DNA of 32,896 nt from Candidatus Pacearchaeota archaeon (GCA_014728565.1 WJLK01000035.1:1-32896), one strand, 5' to 3'; positions 17,515 through 27,784 are shown, counted from the first letter of the stretch. Numbers and translations: made by a program. Notes: a model not told the origin generated them from the sequence alone.

Positions 17515-17768
17515 TAAATTTATCATAGTGTGCTCCCTACAGACATATGTCCTACCCTTTTTACACATTTCATTAACTCAAATTTTTCATTAATTATTAA
17601 TCTGCAGATATTTTTAGCTCTACAGAAGGATATCTTATGAGATCTTTATCATTAATAGAGAATAAATAAATTTAGGTTAGACTTGTCTTCCTAAATTGTG
17701 ATACAGGAACTTATTTTCTCTCCCCTAGTGACATATGTCCCTTGCTTATATAATAAATTTATCATAGT
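17515..17768. promoter_or_regulatory. Interval with two GACATATGTC palindromes and two 15-bp direct repeats
   Basis: GACATATGTC at 17542-17551 and 17730-17739, each preceded by a CTCCC(C)TA tract; TAAATTTATCATAGT at 17515-17529 and 17754-17768; AT-rich between. Confidence 0.55.
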
Positions 17769-17866
17769 TAGGTTTTTATATTGAAAAAACCCTAAGTTGA
17801 TAAGGAATACTCTTAACTCTTGAAAAAGCCTTGAGAGTTGATAAGAGAGACTTTCCTTCTATCTAT

Positions 17867-17950
17867 GCGGGGGTGCCGGAGTGGTCAAACGGGCTGCGTT
17901 TAGGCCGCAGTGGCTAAGTGCCTACAGGGGTTCGAATCCTCTCTCCCGCA
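17867..17950 (+). tRNA. tRNA-Leu(TAG)
   Basis: GCGGGGG/CTCCCGC-A acceptor, CTGCG-TTTAGGC-CGCAG anticodon arm, long variable arm, GGGGTTCGAATCCTC T arm. Confidence 0.96.
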
Positions 17951-17964
17951 TAAAATCCTAAAAA

Positions 17965-19740
17965 CTATTTTCTCTTCATCCGAGTCTTAAAATCAGAAAA
18001 ACTCTTTGTAAAAGTTTCCTTCAAATCCTTGTAGAATTCAACAAAAACAACATGCCACTTGCTTCTTAATTTTTTATCTTTTCTAACATCTTTTACAATA
18101 AAAGCAATAAACAAAACAACTACCAATAATACTATTACTCCTACTGACCATAAAATTGTTTTGAGACTCAAATTCAGCCTGAATCTTCCAGATTCCTCTT
18201 TTACAGAAGTTTCATTAGAAGGTATCTCTGTCTTATTAGAAACTTCAGATTCATTACTTGTTGTCTCAGGAATTTTATCATGAACAAAAGTAATTGTAAG
18301 ATTTGCCCTGCTACTCTCTGTATCAATATTATTTAATTTAACATTAATATCATAATAACCATCTCCAAGAACATCAAAACTCTTATTCTCTCCATCTAAT
18401 AAAACAGCCTGCTGAGGATCAGAAGAGACATTGATTGTAACAGCATTGCTTATTAAAGAAACAACTCCTACATAATGATTAGTATTATTAATTGTAACTC
18501 TCACTCTTTTTCTTAATCCAAGTAACCTATTATAACCTGCTCTGAACTGAGTCTCAGGAACATAATAAGTAAGAGTCCAGTAACCAGTAAAATTAAAAGT
18601 AGGATTGTCTCCTCCAGAACTACTGTCATCATCATTGGTGTCATTATTGTCATTATCATCAGAAACATTAGTATCATTACCAAAAACAGAGAACAGGCTA
18701 AAATGAGTTATATTTGCCCAGACATAATTACTTCCTGTAACAACATCCTGATTTTCCTCTAACTGCCATGAAGAAGAACTATCATTATAATAATATATCT
18801 TTAATCTTGACTCATTGCTTATACCTGCAGAACTAAGCTCTGAACCTGAATAGGAAATATTAATAAAACACCATTCCAGATTTCCAGAGGTATTAGAATC
18901 TGTGGTTATGTTAATTGTTTTCAATTCCTCTAAATCACTATGAGAAGAGGGAATTGAACCTTCTTCTAATAAAGTCAGAGTAGAAGAAACATTATTAACT
19001 AGAAATAAAGTTAAACTAGTATCAACAACATCAAAACTAACCAGAGTAGAAATATTAGCAGTAATATTAGTTGTATTGACTATATTAACATTAATTTTAA
19101 TAGAACTAGAATTGGTATTTCCAGAACTGTCATTAACACTTATATTCAAAAAATAACGTCTAGGAGATAATACTGTATTATTTTTTATAAATCCAGAGCT
19201 GTTTATTGTAAAATTACCATTATCATCAATAAAGTAAGAACTTATATTAACATTATCACTAGCATCTATATCATAATTAAACTCCTGAGAACAATTGATA
19301 TTTTGATTTTCAATAGAAAAATCAAAATAAGGAGATGTTGTATCCTGCACAGTTACATTTATCAGAGAAAAATTAATATCTCCATCAGTATCATTAACAC
19401 TTATATTCAAAGAATAAATCCCCAAATCAAGAATAGTGTTATTTTTTATAAATCCAGAGTTATTTATCGTAAAATTGCCATTATCATCAATAAAATAAGA
19501 ATCAATAGGTGAGCCACTTGGAGTAGCATTAACATCATAACCCAAAGCCTCTCCATACTCAACAACCTGATTAACAGGCACTGGATCAAAATAAGGAGGA
19601 GGAGTCATAGCAAAGGCACTAATAGCTCCTGTAATATCTCTGAAATCACCATGAACATTAGATATTACAAATCCAAAAGCTAAAAAACCTACAACTAATA
19701 AAAAAGCTACTAAAATACCAGGACCTCTTTTCTCTATCAT
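17965..19740 (-). CDS. Cell-surface glycoprotein with two cadherin/Ig-like repeats, HFS-motif domain and C-terminal TM anchor
   Basis: N-terminal hydrophobic segment followed by ITGAI; 87-aa repeat (SYFIDDNGNFTINxSGFIKNNT...LNISVND, 261-nt offset); LKIYYYN...W...WANITHFSLF; Asp/Asn/Ser linker; C-terminal TM and basic tail; very many N-x-S/T sequons. Confidence 0.85.
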   Translation of the reverse strand: MIEKRGPGILVAFLLVVGFLAFGFVISNVHGDFRDITGAISAFAMTPPPYFDPVPVNQVVEYGEALGYDVNATPSGSPIDSYFIDDNGNFTINNSGFIKNNTILDLGIYSLNISVNDTDGDINFSLINVTVQDTTSPYFDFSIENQNINCSQEFNYDIDASDNVNISSYFIDDNGNFTINSSGFIKNNTVLSPRRYFLNISVNDSSGNTNSSSIKINVNIVNTTNITANISTLVSFDVVDTSLTLFLVNNVSSTLTLLEEGSIPSSHSDLEELKTINITTDSNTSGNLEWCFINISYSGSELSSAGISNESRLKIYYYNDSSSSWQLEENQDVVTGSNYVWANITHFSLFSVFGNDTNVSDDNDNNDTNDDDSSSGGDNPTFNFTGYWTLTYYVPETQFRAGYNRLLGLRKRVRVTINNTNHYVGVVSLISNAVTINVSSDPQQAVLLDGENKSFDVLGDGYYDINVKLNNIDTESSRANLTITFVHDKIPETTSNESEVSNKTEIPSNETSVKEESGRFRLNLSLKTILWSVGVIVLLVVVLFIAFIVKDVRKDKKLRSKWHVVFVEFYKDLKETFTKSFSDFKTRMKRK

Positions 19741-19778
19741 CTCTAAAAAATTTAATAATTATTTATTTAAATACTTTG

Positions 19779-22700
19779 CTAAACCTTAAGCTCCTTAAGT
19801 TTATTTAATACCTCCTCACTTAATTTTTTTGAATCTCTATTTTTTTTATCCCATCTCCAGTACTGATTTCCATAATGAATATAAATCCAGTCAGAATATT
19901 CCATCAACCCTACTAGCTCTCTCACACCATTTGCATAATCAAGTTTTTTATTAACAAAACTAGAATCCTTAGAAATCCAGTTACCATTTGAATACCTATA
20001 CATTATTGATATATGACCTCCATATTCATATCTCTTTATCTCAATATTAATATCCTGCTTTAACATACTGTCACTAAAAACAGCTGTCTCAGATTCAGAA
20101 TTCTGACTGATAAATTTCCCAGATTCAGAATCAAAAAACTTCCCATCTAACTCAGGAAGAAAATTCCTAAAATCACTAAAAACATAAACATGGCTGTTTC
20201 TTATCTCACCAACATCACTATCAAGCAACCAATCCTCTCTCTTAATCAAATAATCTATCTCTTCAGAATCAGCTTCTCTGGTTATATAATAATCAGTAGC
20301 TGTGTTTCCTCTGTAAATAACAAATTTTGTTCCTAAAAACCCTCTCTTCTTAACAACATAATAACCAACTTTTGTCCCTTCTTCAATATCCTCGTAAGTT
20401 ATTTCATCAACAATAACATCCTCTTCAGAACTTTCAGAGGAATCTTCAATATCATCATACAAAACCTCATCAACTATGACTTTTTCATTAGAACTAACAT
20501 AAGATTTAGTATTCAAACTAAGTGTATTATTAGGGTTCCTTCCATAAAGACCTAGAGAAATTTTAGCATACAAATTAGCAAGAATATACTGTCCTCTTGC
20601 TTTATCAACATTAGTAGTTCCATATTTTATTAAATCCTTCAGCCTAGTTACAATAGGCGTTATCTTAGACTCAATTGTTGCTCTGTTATCTTCAGAGTCT
20701 ATTAGAAGTTCCTGAATCATTCTCTCTGCTTCATCTGCAACTGCCCTGCTCTGTGCCTGGGGCCAAATTTCAACAACACTTCCTCCTCCCTGAACAATCT
20801 TTTGCTCAACTTGCTTGTTTACAACAACATCCTTAACACTATTTAGATCCAGCCAGCATTTTATAGTAGGGTCATCACAATAACCAACTTCTTTCCATCT
20901 TTCAAAACTAGACCCTGTCCCATCATAATCTCCACTGCTGTTAATCTGTTTTCCAGGATTCTCAGTTGAACAAACCCTGACAATTCCCTTATTATACAGT
21001 GCTGGTTGCATTGTTTCTTCAATTCCTGCCTGAAGATTAGGATTTATTAAACTATGATAAGAGGGTGTTCCAGCAACACAATCTTCAGAAGTTGTTATCT
21101 GAGTGTTTGTCTGTTCCTCAACATATCTATCACTCATACTATTCAAAAAATAACTAGTACTTACTCTTCCAAATCCACACTCCTCTCTCCCATTAACACT
21201 TATGCATAATTGTTTGAAACCAGAAGGTCCGGTAAAATCAACTGCTTCATCTGCCTGACTGCCTCTTGGAACATAACCTCTAGCCACTACTCTTGAGCCT
21301 GTTGAGTGAATATAACCCATGTCAGGAAGATTTTTCAGATAAACTACATAAGAAGCTCCCATGTCTTTCCCAGAATAGATGTGATAATAAACTTTATAAT
21401 GAGATGTTGGAGGAACACTTGCTGTTGTTAACTGATTTTCATAAAACCATGCATGAAACTGAACAGGACTATCTGGTTCAATCCACGCATCAAAAGCAAA
21501 CAAAGAAGAAGGAAAACTAGATGAAACAAAGCTCTTACATACATCAACTCCTATCTGGTCTGTAGAACGAGACTGAAAAGCTCTCATAGAGTTAACAGCA
21601 TATTCATTCTGAAAATAATTTATAGCACCTTGAGTATTATCCCAAGCTGTCTGAACAGTAGCATACTCACCACCACCCCTTGTTCCCTGCCCATACATTC
21701 CTGAAAAAGTCTGAGGAATAACTGTCTTTAAGAGAGGGCCTGCCTGTTTCCAGAAAAACTCACAAAGATAAATACTTCTTATTTCATCACAGATACCAAC
21801 ACTCCTCCCAGTCTCTATGCTCTCTCTAAGACAATCAACTGTTGAATTCATTATACTTATATAACCATCTATTCCTGCATGAACTCCTGTAAGGCAGATT
21901 GGAACAGCAATACCCTCTTTATAATTAGGAAGACACAAAACAAGGCTTCCAATAATTCCTGACTGTATAACATTATCAACTCTGTAATCTCCCCCTAAAT
22001 CACACCTGGATGGAGGACAGATAACAGGATCACAAACATTAAACATAAGCATACAATCTTCAGGAGCCATGAAATCAGTGCATCTTCCTTCCTCCCCTCC
22101 TGTTGTAATACCTGTTTCAAAACTCTTGCCTCCAACTGTGACTCTCTCCTTACCATACTGCTTTGCAGCATCAGCAATTGCTCTCTGTGCCTTCATAACT
22201 ATCTCTCTTGATTCTGACTCACTTAATCCTGGAAAATCAACCACAGAATTAACAGCATTATAATACCTGCATATATCATCAGCACTTTTCTGGAATTCAA
22301 TCAAACCATTAGGACCTGAATTGCATATATAAAAATTAACAACTCTTCCAGATTCATCATAAGGTTTTCCAAAACCACTCAAAACATAATTCATTCTAAC
22401 ATACCAACCCTTTCTTGTATCAAAAGGTATCTCTGCAGGAAGTCCTTTGTAAGGGGCTCTTTCAAAATACTTGACCTTTAGTTTATCAGGATTACGCATA
22501 GGATTATCATAAGTATCCTCGCTGGCTTCTCTTATTTTTTTCATTCCAGCCATGCTCATGTAATCCCTGACTTCCTCAATAGCTTTTTTATCTTTAACTT
22601 CAGTTCCATCAACAAAAAAGATCTTACCACTAGGATCAGGTGTGTACTCATCTTGACCATCAGAAACAGGCTTAACCTGAACAAGAACCTCTTTTCCTGC

Positions 22701-25700
22701 AACAGATGTTTTTGACTCAAAATTAACACCTCCCACACTGTCTCTAGAAGGTATAAAAATTCTGATCAGAGTATCACCCTCTTTAAAATTCTTATAAACA
22801 GAGTGATCTAAATCCACATTTGTTATCTTCTTTATATGTCCTACTGTCACCTTATCACCAACAGGTGTTGTTGTCTGAATACCTAAATTGTTTTTCTTAG
22901 CCTCTTCATCAGCCTTGATTTTAGAGGTTATATACTCCTCATAATTCTTAGCTTCAAGAACAACATTTCCAAGTTTTTGATCAGCCATCTCTGTCATTAC
23001 TCCACTTCCTCCTGCTCTCCTCACATTATAAAGAGTCATGATATCTCTTCTCTGCTCATGAGTCATATTCTCCCACTCACAAATTCCTTTCTCTCCTGAA
23101 AAAGAGACCTCTGTTTCTGCTTTATCAGGAAGAACAATTTTATCATCAACACTGTTGCAAAATTTATCAAACTCTTTTTTAAATTCTTTTCTAACTTTCT
23201 CACTGTCAACATAACCGTCAAAATCAAGAGGACCTGACCTCTCAACACCTACCCTATCCTTAATATCCTTTAGAATATTGTTAGTCTTTTCAATTTCACT
23301 AGCATAAATATCAACATCCTCATTTATCAGATTATTCTTATCCAACAAGCACTGCTCAACACTGTTATACTTCCCCTCATTAACCAGTTCCTCGCATTTC
23401 TGATTCCATCCACCAGTACCTGTCATAATTGTATTTCTAGCCATGGATTTTCCACTTAATCCATCAACATAGCTTTTAACAGTTAAAATAGATGATGTTG
23501 AGAAACAGGCTGCCTTCATAACTCTTATCACATTTCCTAATTTACTATTAATCTTATTCCAGGCATTAATAGCCTCGATTAAACCATCCATTAATGCTTT
23601 AGCCATCTCCGGACTTAGAGGAATAGCTCTTTTTTCAATTCCAATTCTAAAATGGAAACTTGATTCTGACCTAGGACCATAAGAATTTGGAAGAATGCTT
23701 ATTTTAGCCTGTTCCACCATATTTATCTCGAGAACCTTTACTTCAGAATCTCCAACAACACTCCTCTCTCCTAATTTTATTCTCTTAGTTCTCTCTCCTG
23801 AACCCTTTTCATAATACTTAAGAGTTATATAATCACTTCTTAACTCAGTAAGGGTAAGAGAATAATTTCCAGTCCTGAAAACTTTATTTAATTCTAGTGT
23901 TTCCTGCTTGCCGTCTATTAAAACAACTGCATTTGCTTCACTTGCTTTAGGTTTCTTGAAATCAAGAACATCAACAAAATGAACTTCATTGGAAAGATGT
24001 ATGACTTTTTTTGAATTTGTTGTATCATATTTCATAAGCAAGTCATTTTCACGAGCAGCTTCTTTTGCACTAGTAGAACCAGGATATTCATGTCTTAATC
24101 TTTTAAGAAAATTTTGAGACCTTGCATTCATATCAAACTGTTTTGATAACTTAGCTGCTTCAAGTAAACCTTTTGCAGCATAAGGATCCTCTCCTTCAAA
24201 CATCTTCTCATTAGGAAAAAAATCAACAAGATCCTGGTAATGCTTTATAGCTTTTTCGTAATATCCAAGTGCAAGTGCAGTATTCTCATCATAATCTTCA
24301 GAACTCCAGTCTTTATCCTTTGCAACCAAAACTTTTTCAAGACCAAAACCTTTTTTTAATTCTGAAAGGTCTCCTTTTTTTAATATCTCCACTTTCAATT
24401 TTTTATCCAAATCTTCTTGCTTTATCTTTTTATATTTGGTTCTGTAAGATTTCTTAATCTCTCCAGGAATATTATTCCTCAAATCCTTAAAAGAAGCTCC
24501 TGTTGAAACTAAATTTTCAACAGTCTCAAAAACTCCTTTATCCTGAAACTCGTATTTTGTATCAGAAAAATCATCCTTCACTAAAACAACAAAATCAGCA
24601 CCGTCTGAAGACATTCCTATATATCCTATATAATGATTATCATCTCCTCTTATCTTCTCATTAGCAACATAATCTCCTGACTCACTGTCTAAGAAAAAAC
24701 TTGCTTTTCCAGGATTAAGGCTCAATTCAACTCTTTTTTGCTCTCCGTAACACTCAAGAGTTATCTTTCCTCCACCTCCATAAGTTTGCAAATCAACTAC
24801 TCTGCACCTGTTATTAAGAATCCTATCCCCTCTAGAAACCCATAACTTCTGGTCATTAATCTGTAACAGAGCAGATTCAACAGGAGGTCCAATACTATCT
24901 AATCTTAATCTAAGTCCAGCAGCACAATAAAAACCTCCTAAATAAATCTCCTTGGAGGTCTCTCCCTTTCTAAGAGTTATTGTATTTTCTTTAGAATCAG
25001 CATTTCTATAAATTGAAATTACTGCTCTGTCAGATTCAATTGATTCAGCCCTTATATAACCTTTTCCATTCCAAAAACCATAATCCCTATAATCTCTATA
25101 CCACTCATTATCACTCATCTCACTTAAATAAAAATAAGTATTTCCAACTCCAAAAGCATTCTCTGTACTATAATCTATAACTGCAGTTATATTAGCATCA
25201 ATAAAATCAGGCATATCACCCTCCTTAGAATATCTGCTTAAAACAACAACAAGATAACCTATGTTTTCATCAACAATAGAATTACTATTAAACCCACTTC
25301 CATAACCTCCGTAATTATAACCTCTAAGAGCAGCTCTTGCAGGAAAATAACTAACACCTGAAATTCCCTCTGGATACTCTCCCCTGAATCTTATGCTCCT
25401 CACTGTTGACATATCAATCAGAGGGTTTGTCTGAACCCCAACTACTTTACAAAAAACAGGAACATTCTGCTCTTCTAATAAATCACTTCTAACAACTGCA
25501 GGAGAACAACCTCCTGGAGCTATCTGCATAATAAAATCCTGTCTGTGCATGCAATCCTGCTGATTAAATCCGTAATTACTGTAATAACTTTGAGAATTAT
25601 AACCATAACCAGAATAACTTGGATTAGAATACTGTGTATTTTTTGAATAACCATAACTAGGATAACCTCCATAATCTGAGTAATAACCCTGATTATAGTT

Positions 25701-25895
25701 TGAAGGATGGCTTGTGTTATAGCCAGTTGGATAACCTCCATAACTGGATGAATATCCTGATCCTGAAGGATAACCAGAACCAGTTGGATAACCAGTATTA
25801 TAACCATAAGGAGAGGTTTGAGCAATTAAAATTGGAATAAATAAAATCACAAATAAACTTAAAATTCCAGATTTTATTTTCAGATTTTTTTTCAT
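19779..25895 (-). CDS. Giant (2038 aa) secreted cysteine-rich protein of unknown function
   Basis: Signal peptide; Tyr/Gly/Ser low-complexity N-terminus; TPR-like segment (YYEKAIKHYQDLVDFFPNE...LRHEYPGS); about 30 Cys by eye with a dense cluster CDPVICPPSRC...CLP...CLTG...C...CDE...C. Confidence 0.9.
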   Translation of the reverse strand: MKKNLKIKSGILSLFVILFIPILIAQTSPYGYNTGYPTGSGYPSGSGYSSSYGGYPTGYNTSHPSNYNQGYYSDYGGYPSYGYSKNTQYSNPSYSGYGYNSQSYYSNYGFNQQDCMHRQDFIMQIAPGGCSPAVVRSDLLEEQNVPVFCKVVGVQTNPLIDMSTVRSIRFRGEYPEGISGVSYFPARAALRGYNYGGYGSGFNSNSIVDENIGYLVVVLSRYSKEGDMPDFIDANITAVIDYSTENAFGVGNTYFYLSEMSDNEWYRDYRDYGFWNGKGYIRAESIESDRAVISIYRNADSKENTITLRKGETSKEIYLGGFYCAAGLRLRLDSIGPPVESALLQINDQKLWVSRGDRILNNRCRVVDLQTYGGGGKITLECYGEQKRVELSLNPGKASFFLDSESGDYVANEKIRGDDNHYIGYIGMSSDGADFVVLVKDDFSDTKYEFQDKGVFETVENLVSTGASFKDLRNNIPGEIKKSYRTKYKKIKQEDLDKKLKVEILKKGDLSELKKGFGLEKVLVAKDKDWSSEDYDENTALALGYYEKAIKHYQDLVDFFPNEKMFEGEDPYAAKGLLEAAKLSKQFDMNARSQNFLKRLRHEYPGSTSAKEAARENDLLMKYDTTNSKKVIHLSNEVHFVDVLDFKKPKASEANAVVLIDGKQETLELNKVFRTGNYSLTLTELRSDYITLKYYEKGSGERTKRIKLGERSVVGDSEVKVLEINMVEQAKISILPNSYGPRSESSFHFRIGIEKRAIPLSPEMAKALMDGLIEAINAWNKINSKLGNVIRVMKAACFSTSSILTVKSYVDGLSGKSMARNTIMTGTGGWNQKCEELVNEGKYNSVEQCLLDKNNLINEDVDIYASEIEKTNNILKDIKDRVGVERSGPLDFDGYVDSEKVRKEFKKEFDKFCNSVDDKIVLPDKAETEVSFSGEKGICEWENMTHEQRRDIMTLYNVRRAGGSGVMTEMADQKLGNVVLEAKNYEEYITSKIKADEEAKKNNLGIQTTTPVGDKVTVGHIKKITNVDLDHSVYKNFKEGDTLIRIFIPSRDSVGGVNFESKTSVAGKEVLVQVKPVSDGQDEYTPDPSGKIFFVDGTEVKDKKAIEEVRDYMSMAGMKKIREASEDTYDNPMRNPDKLKVKYFERAPYKGLPAEIPFDTRKGWYVRMNYVLSGFGKPYDESGRVVNFYICNSGPNGLIEFQKSADDICRYYNAVNSVVDFPGLSESESREIVMKAQRAIADAAKQYGKERVTVGGKSFETGITTGGEEGRCTDFMAPEDCMLMFNVCDPVICPPSRCDLGGDYRVDNVIQSGIIGSLVLCLPNYKEGIAVPICLTGVHAGIDGYISIMNSTVDCLRESIETGRSVGICDEIRSIYLCEFFWKQAGPLLKTVIPQTFSGMYGQGTRGGGEYATVQTAWDNTQGAINYFQNEYAVNSMRAFQSRSTDQIGVDVCKSFVSSSFPSSLFAFDAWIEPDSPVQFHAWFYENQLTTASVPPTSHYKVYYHIYSGKDMGASYVVYLKNLPDMGYIHSTGSRVVARGYVPRGSQADEAVDFTGPSGFKQLCISVNGREECGFGRVSTSYFLNSMSDRYVEEQTNTQITTSEDCVAGTPSYHSLINPNLQAGIEETMQPALYNKGIVRVCSTENPGKQINSSGDYDGTGSSFERWKEVGYCDDPTIKCWLDLNSVKDVVVNKQVEQKIVQGGGSVVEIWPQAQSRAVADEAERMIQELLIDSEDNRATIESKITPIVTRLKDLIKYGTTNVDKARGQYILANLYAKISLGLYGRNPNNTLSLNTKSYVSSNEKVIVDEVLYDDIEDSSESSEEDVIVDEITYEDIEEGTKVGYYVVKKRGFLGTKFVIYRGNTATDYYITREADSEEIDYLIKREDWLLDSDVGEIRNSHVYVFSDFRNFLPELDGKFFDSESGKFISQNSESETAVFSDSMLKQDINIEIKRYEYGGHISIMYRYSNGNWISKDSSFVNKKLDYANGVRELVGLMEYSDWIYIHYGNQYWRWDKKNRDSKKLSEEVLNKLKELKV

Positions 25896-25897
25896 TT

Positions 25898-27784
25898 TTA
25901 CTCAAAATTTATATCCAATCCAGATATCTCCAGTTTATTGAAATTAACCTGCAAATCCTCAACCTTATTAGGAACTCCAAAATCATCAATGTCAATAATT
26001 ATTTTCCTGGACTCTCTTAATTGAGATTCTGGAATATAATGTTTCTGCTTACCCCCTCCTGAAATTGCAAATCCAACACTCTGGCTAGGTATATTAAAAT
26101 CAAAACATTTTTCCTCTGTAAATCCAAGAACTCCTCCTAATCCTGATTTTGGAACTTCTATACACTTCTGGCTACTACTTCCTCTTAACACTATATCAGA
26201 ATCTGTATAAGAATAAACCTTTATCTCATACTGACCCTCTGTTAATTTAGCTGTTTTTTGTTCAGGATATGAAATAACCCATGAATCATCATCTCTTGTA
26301 AAAGTCACAACACAATAATCATCTAATTTTCTTCCAGATTTCCTAACCTCGACTTCCAGTAGATACTCTCTATCCAAAACAACATTAATACCTCCTTCAA
26401 TTCTTGGAACTAACTGTTTCTTGGGTTTATAACCTGGAGAACTTGCAATAACATAACCATTAACACACTGAGGAAAATCTGTTGACAAAACAAAATCATT
26501 CCCTTCTGGAATTGTGTAACCCATATCACAAGTTGTATCAAAACACTTATACTTTATATGAGCAGGAATTGGCTCTAGATTAGTATTATATGTATAAACT
26601 CTTGCTTTGGTATTTTTATGTTGGCATAACCCAGGAACAACATTTGGTAATCCCTCAACATCAGAAGCCTCTCTTGGTTTGTTTTTTTCAATAAAAACAA
26701 CTACTGGAAACTGAAACATCTCTTTTCCCTCAAATAACTGAATCATTACTGGAAATCCAAAATCATAAACAAAATGGTAGGGAACATAACAAAAACCCAA
26801 CATTCCCAAGCCTTCCTGCAATCCAACAGGGTCTGCTCTTAGATATCCCTCTTCAGAAGGCCATATCTCTAATTTCATTGGCCACTCTCTTAAATACATA
26901 AAATTAACATTAATATCTACATCCTCTCCAATATCATTAACAAAATACTTATGCTCCTCTTTTTTAATAACATAATAATCACCTTTGACTTTTATTGCAG
27001 GAATATTTCCCTCTAGTGCTCTGGTTAAATTTTCCCTGATATCCCAGACAGGCCAGATAAGACTTGAACAACCTAGTTCAACTCCATCAACAGGGGCATA
27101 TAATCTGAGTATGTCCACTCCGTAATTTTCTAAAAACATCTCATCCATATTATAATCATAAATTTTTTTAGCCAAATCATAATGCTTTCCTAGATTAGAA
27201 TTAACAACTAATTCATGTTTATTTCCACTCCAAGCAACATCCTCTAAACCAACATCCATATCCTGAATAACTTTGATTACTATCTTGTTTTTCTCAATCT
27301 CACTTTCAACATCAATATCACTACTAAGGTTTATCTGAAATCCTTGCTCAGAAAACTGGGATAAATCACACTGCAAAATTCTCTCCTCAAGATACCCACT
27401 CAACTGAGATTGCATTTTTTCTTTAGTAGGAACCTGCTCTCTAGAAATTCCATTGCCAGAAATATAATACCAGTAAGGAACTCCAGAACCTAAAAAATTC
27501 AACTGGGATGAAAAAGGAATATACATACTTCCTGGATAAAATTCAGGAGTATCAATATAACCAGCTTGCTGTCCTAATATCAATGCTCCATCTAAAACAT
27601 TTTCCTCAATACAACCTAGATAATAATCATAAACAGGATCAACCTCTCTGGGAAGTGATTTTTCTAAACTGCTCCTGTATATAAGATAGGCAATTATTCC
27701 TGCTATAATAACAATAACAATTGCTAAAATTACAAAAATAGTAACTTGAGCCCTTCTACTGTTTCTAACCTCCTTATTTATCAT
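25898..27784 (-). CDS. Large Cys-containing protein with class III (prepilin-like) signal peptide
   Basis: GGAG then ATG at 27784 gives MINKEVRNSRRA|QVTIFVILAIVIVIIAGIIAYLIY, matching the archaeal [KR][GA]|Q plus hydrophobic pattern; about 11 Cys. The track start at 27814 is probably too far upstream. Confidence 0.85.
   Translation of the reverse strand: MINKEVRNSRRAQVTIFVILAIVIVIIAGIIAYLIYRSSLEKSLPREVDPVYDYYLGCIEENVLDGALILGQQAGYIDTPEFYPGSMYIPFSSQLNFLGSGVPYWYYISGNGISREQVPTKEKMQSQLSGYLEERILQCDLSQFSEQGFQINLSSDIDVESEIEKNKIVIKVIQDMDVGLEDVAWSGNKHELVVNSNLGKHYDLAKKIYDYNMDEMFLENYGVDILRLYAPVDGVELGCSSLIWPVWDIRENLTRALEGNIPAIKVKGDYYVIKKEEHKYFVNDIGEDVDINVNFMYLREWPMKLEIWPSEEGYLRADPVGLQEGLGMLGFCYVPYHFVYDFGFPVMIQLFEGKEMFQFPVVVFIEKNKPREASDVEGLPNVVPGLCQHKNTKARVYTYNTNLEPIPAHIKYKCFDTTCDMGYTIPEGNDFVLSTDFPQCVNGYVIASSPGYKPKKQLVPRIEGGINVVLDREYLLEVEVRKSGRKLDDYCVVTFTRDDDSWVISYPEQKTAKLTEGQYEIKVYSYTDSDIVLRGSSSQKCIEVPKSGLGGVLGFTEEKCFDFNIPSQSVGFAISGGGKQKHYIPESQLRESRKIIIDIDDFGVPNKVEDLQVNFNKLEISGLDINFE

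Noticed and set aside
13227..19500. Diversity-generating retroelement template/variable repeat pairs (Sm duplication, 261-nt repeat in the surface protein)
   Set aside because: No reverse transcriptase in the window, and mismatches are absent or not adenine-specific.
2299..25825. Short antisense or alternate-frame ORFs in the track (2299, 3682, 11166, 13827, 14988, 15640, 16244, 16903, 18059, 19303, 21293, 21995, 22069, 22556, 23063, 24269, 25520)
   Set aside because: They lie within or largely overlap longer, better-supported genes and show no motifs; they are shadows of coding bias or of the low-complexity repeat.
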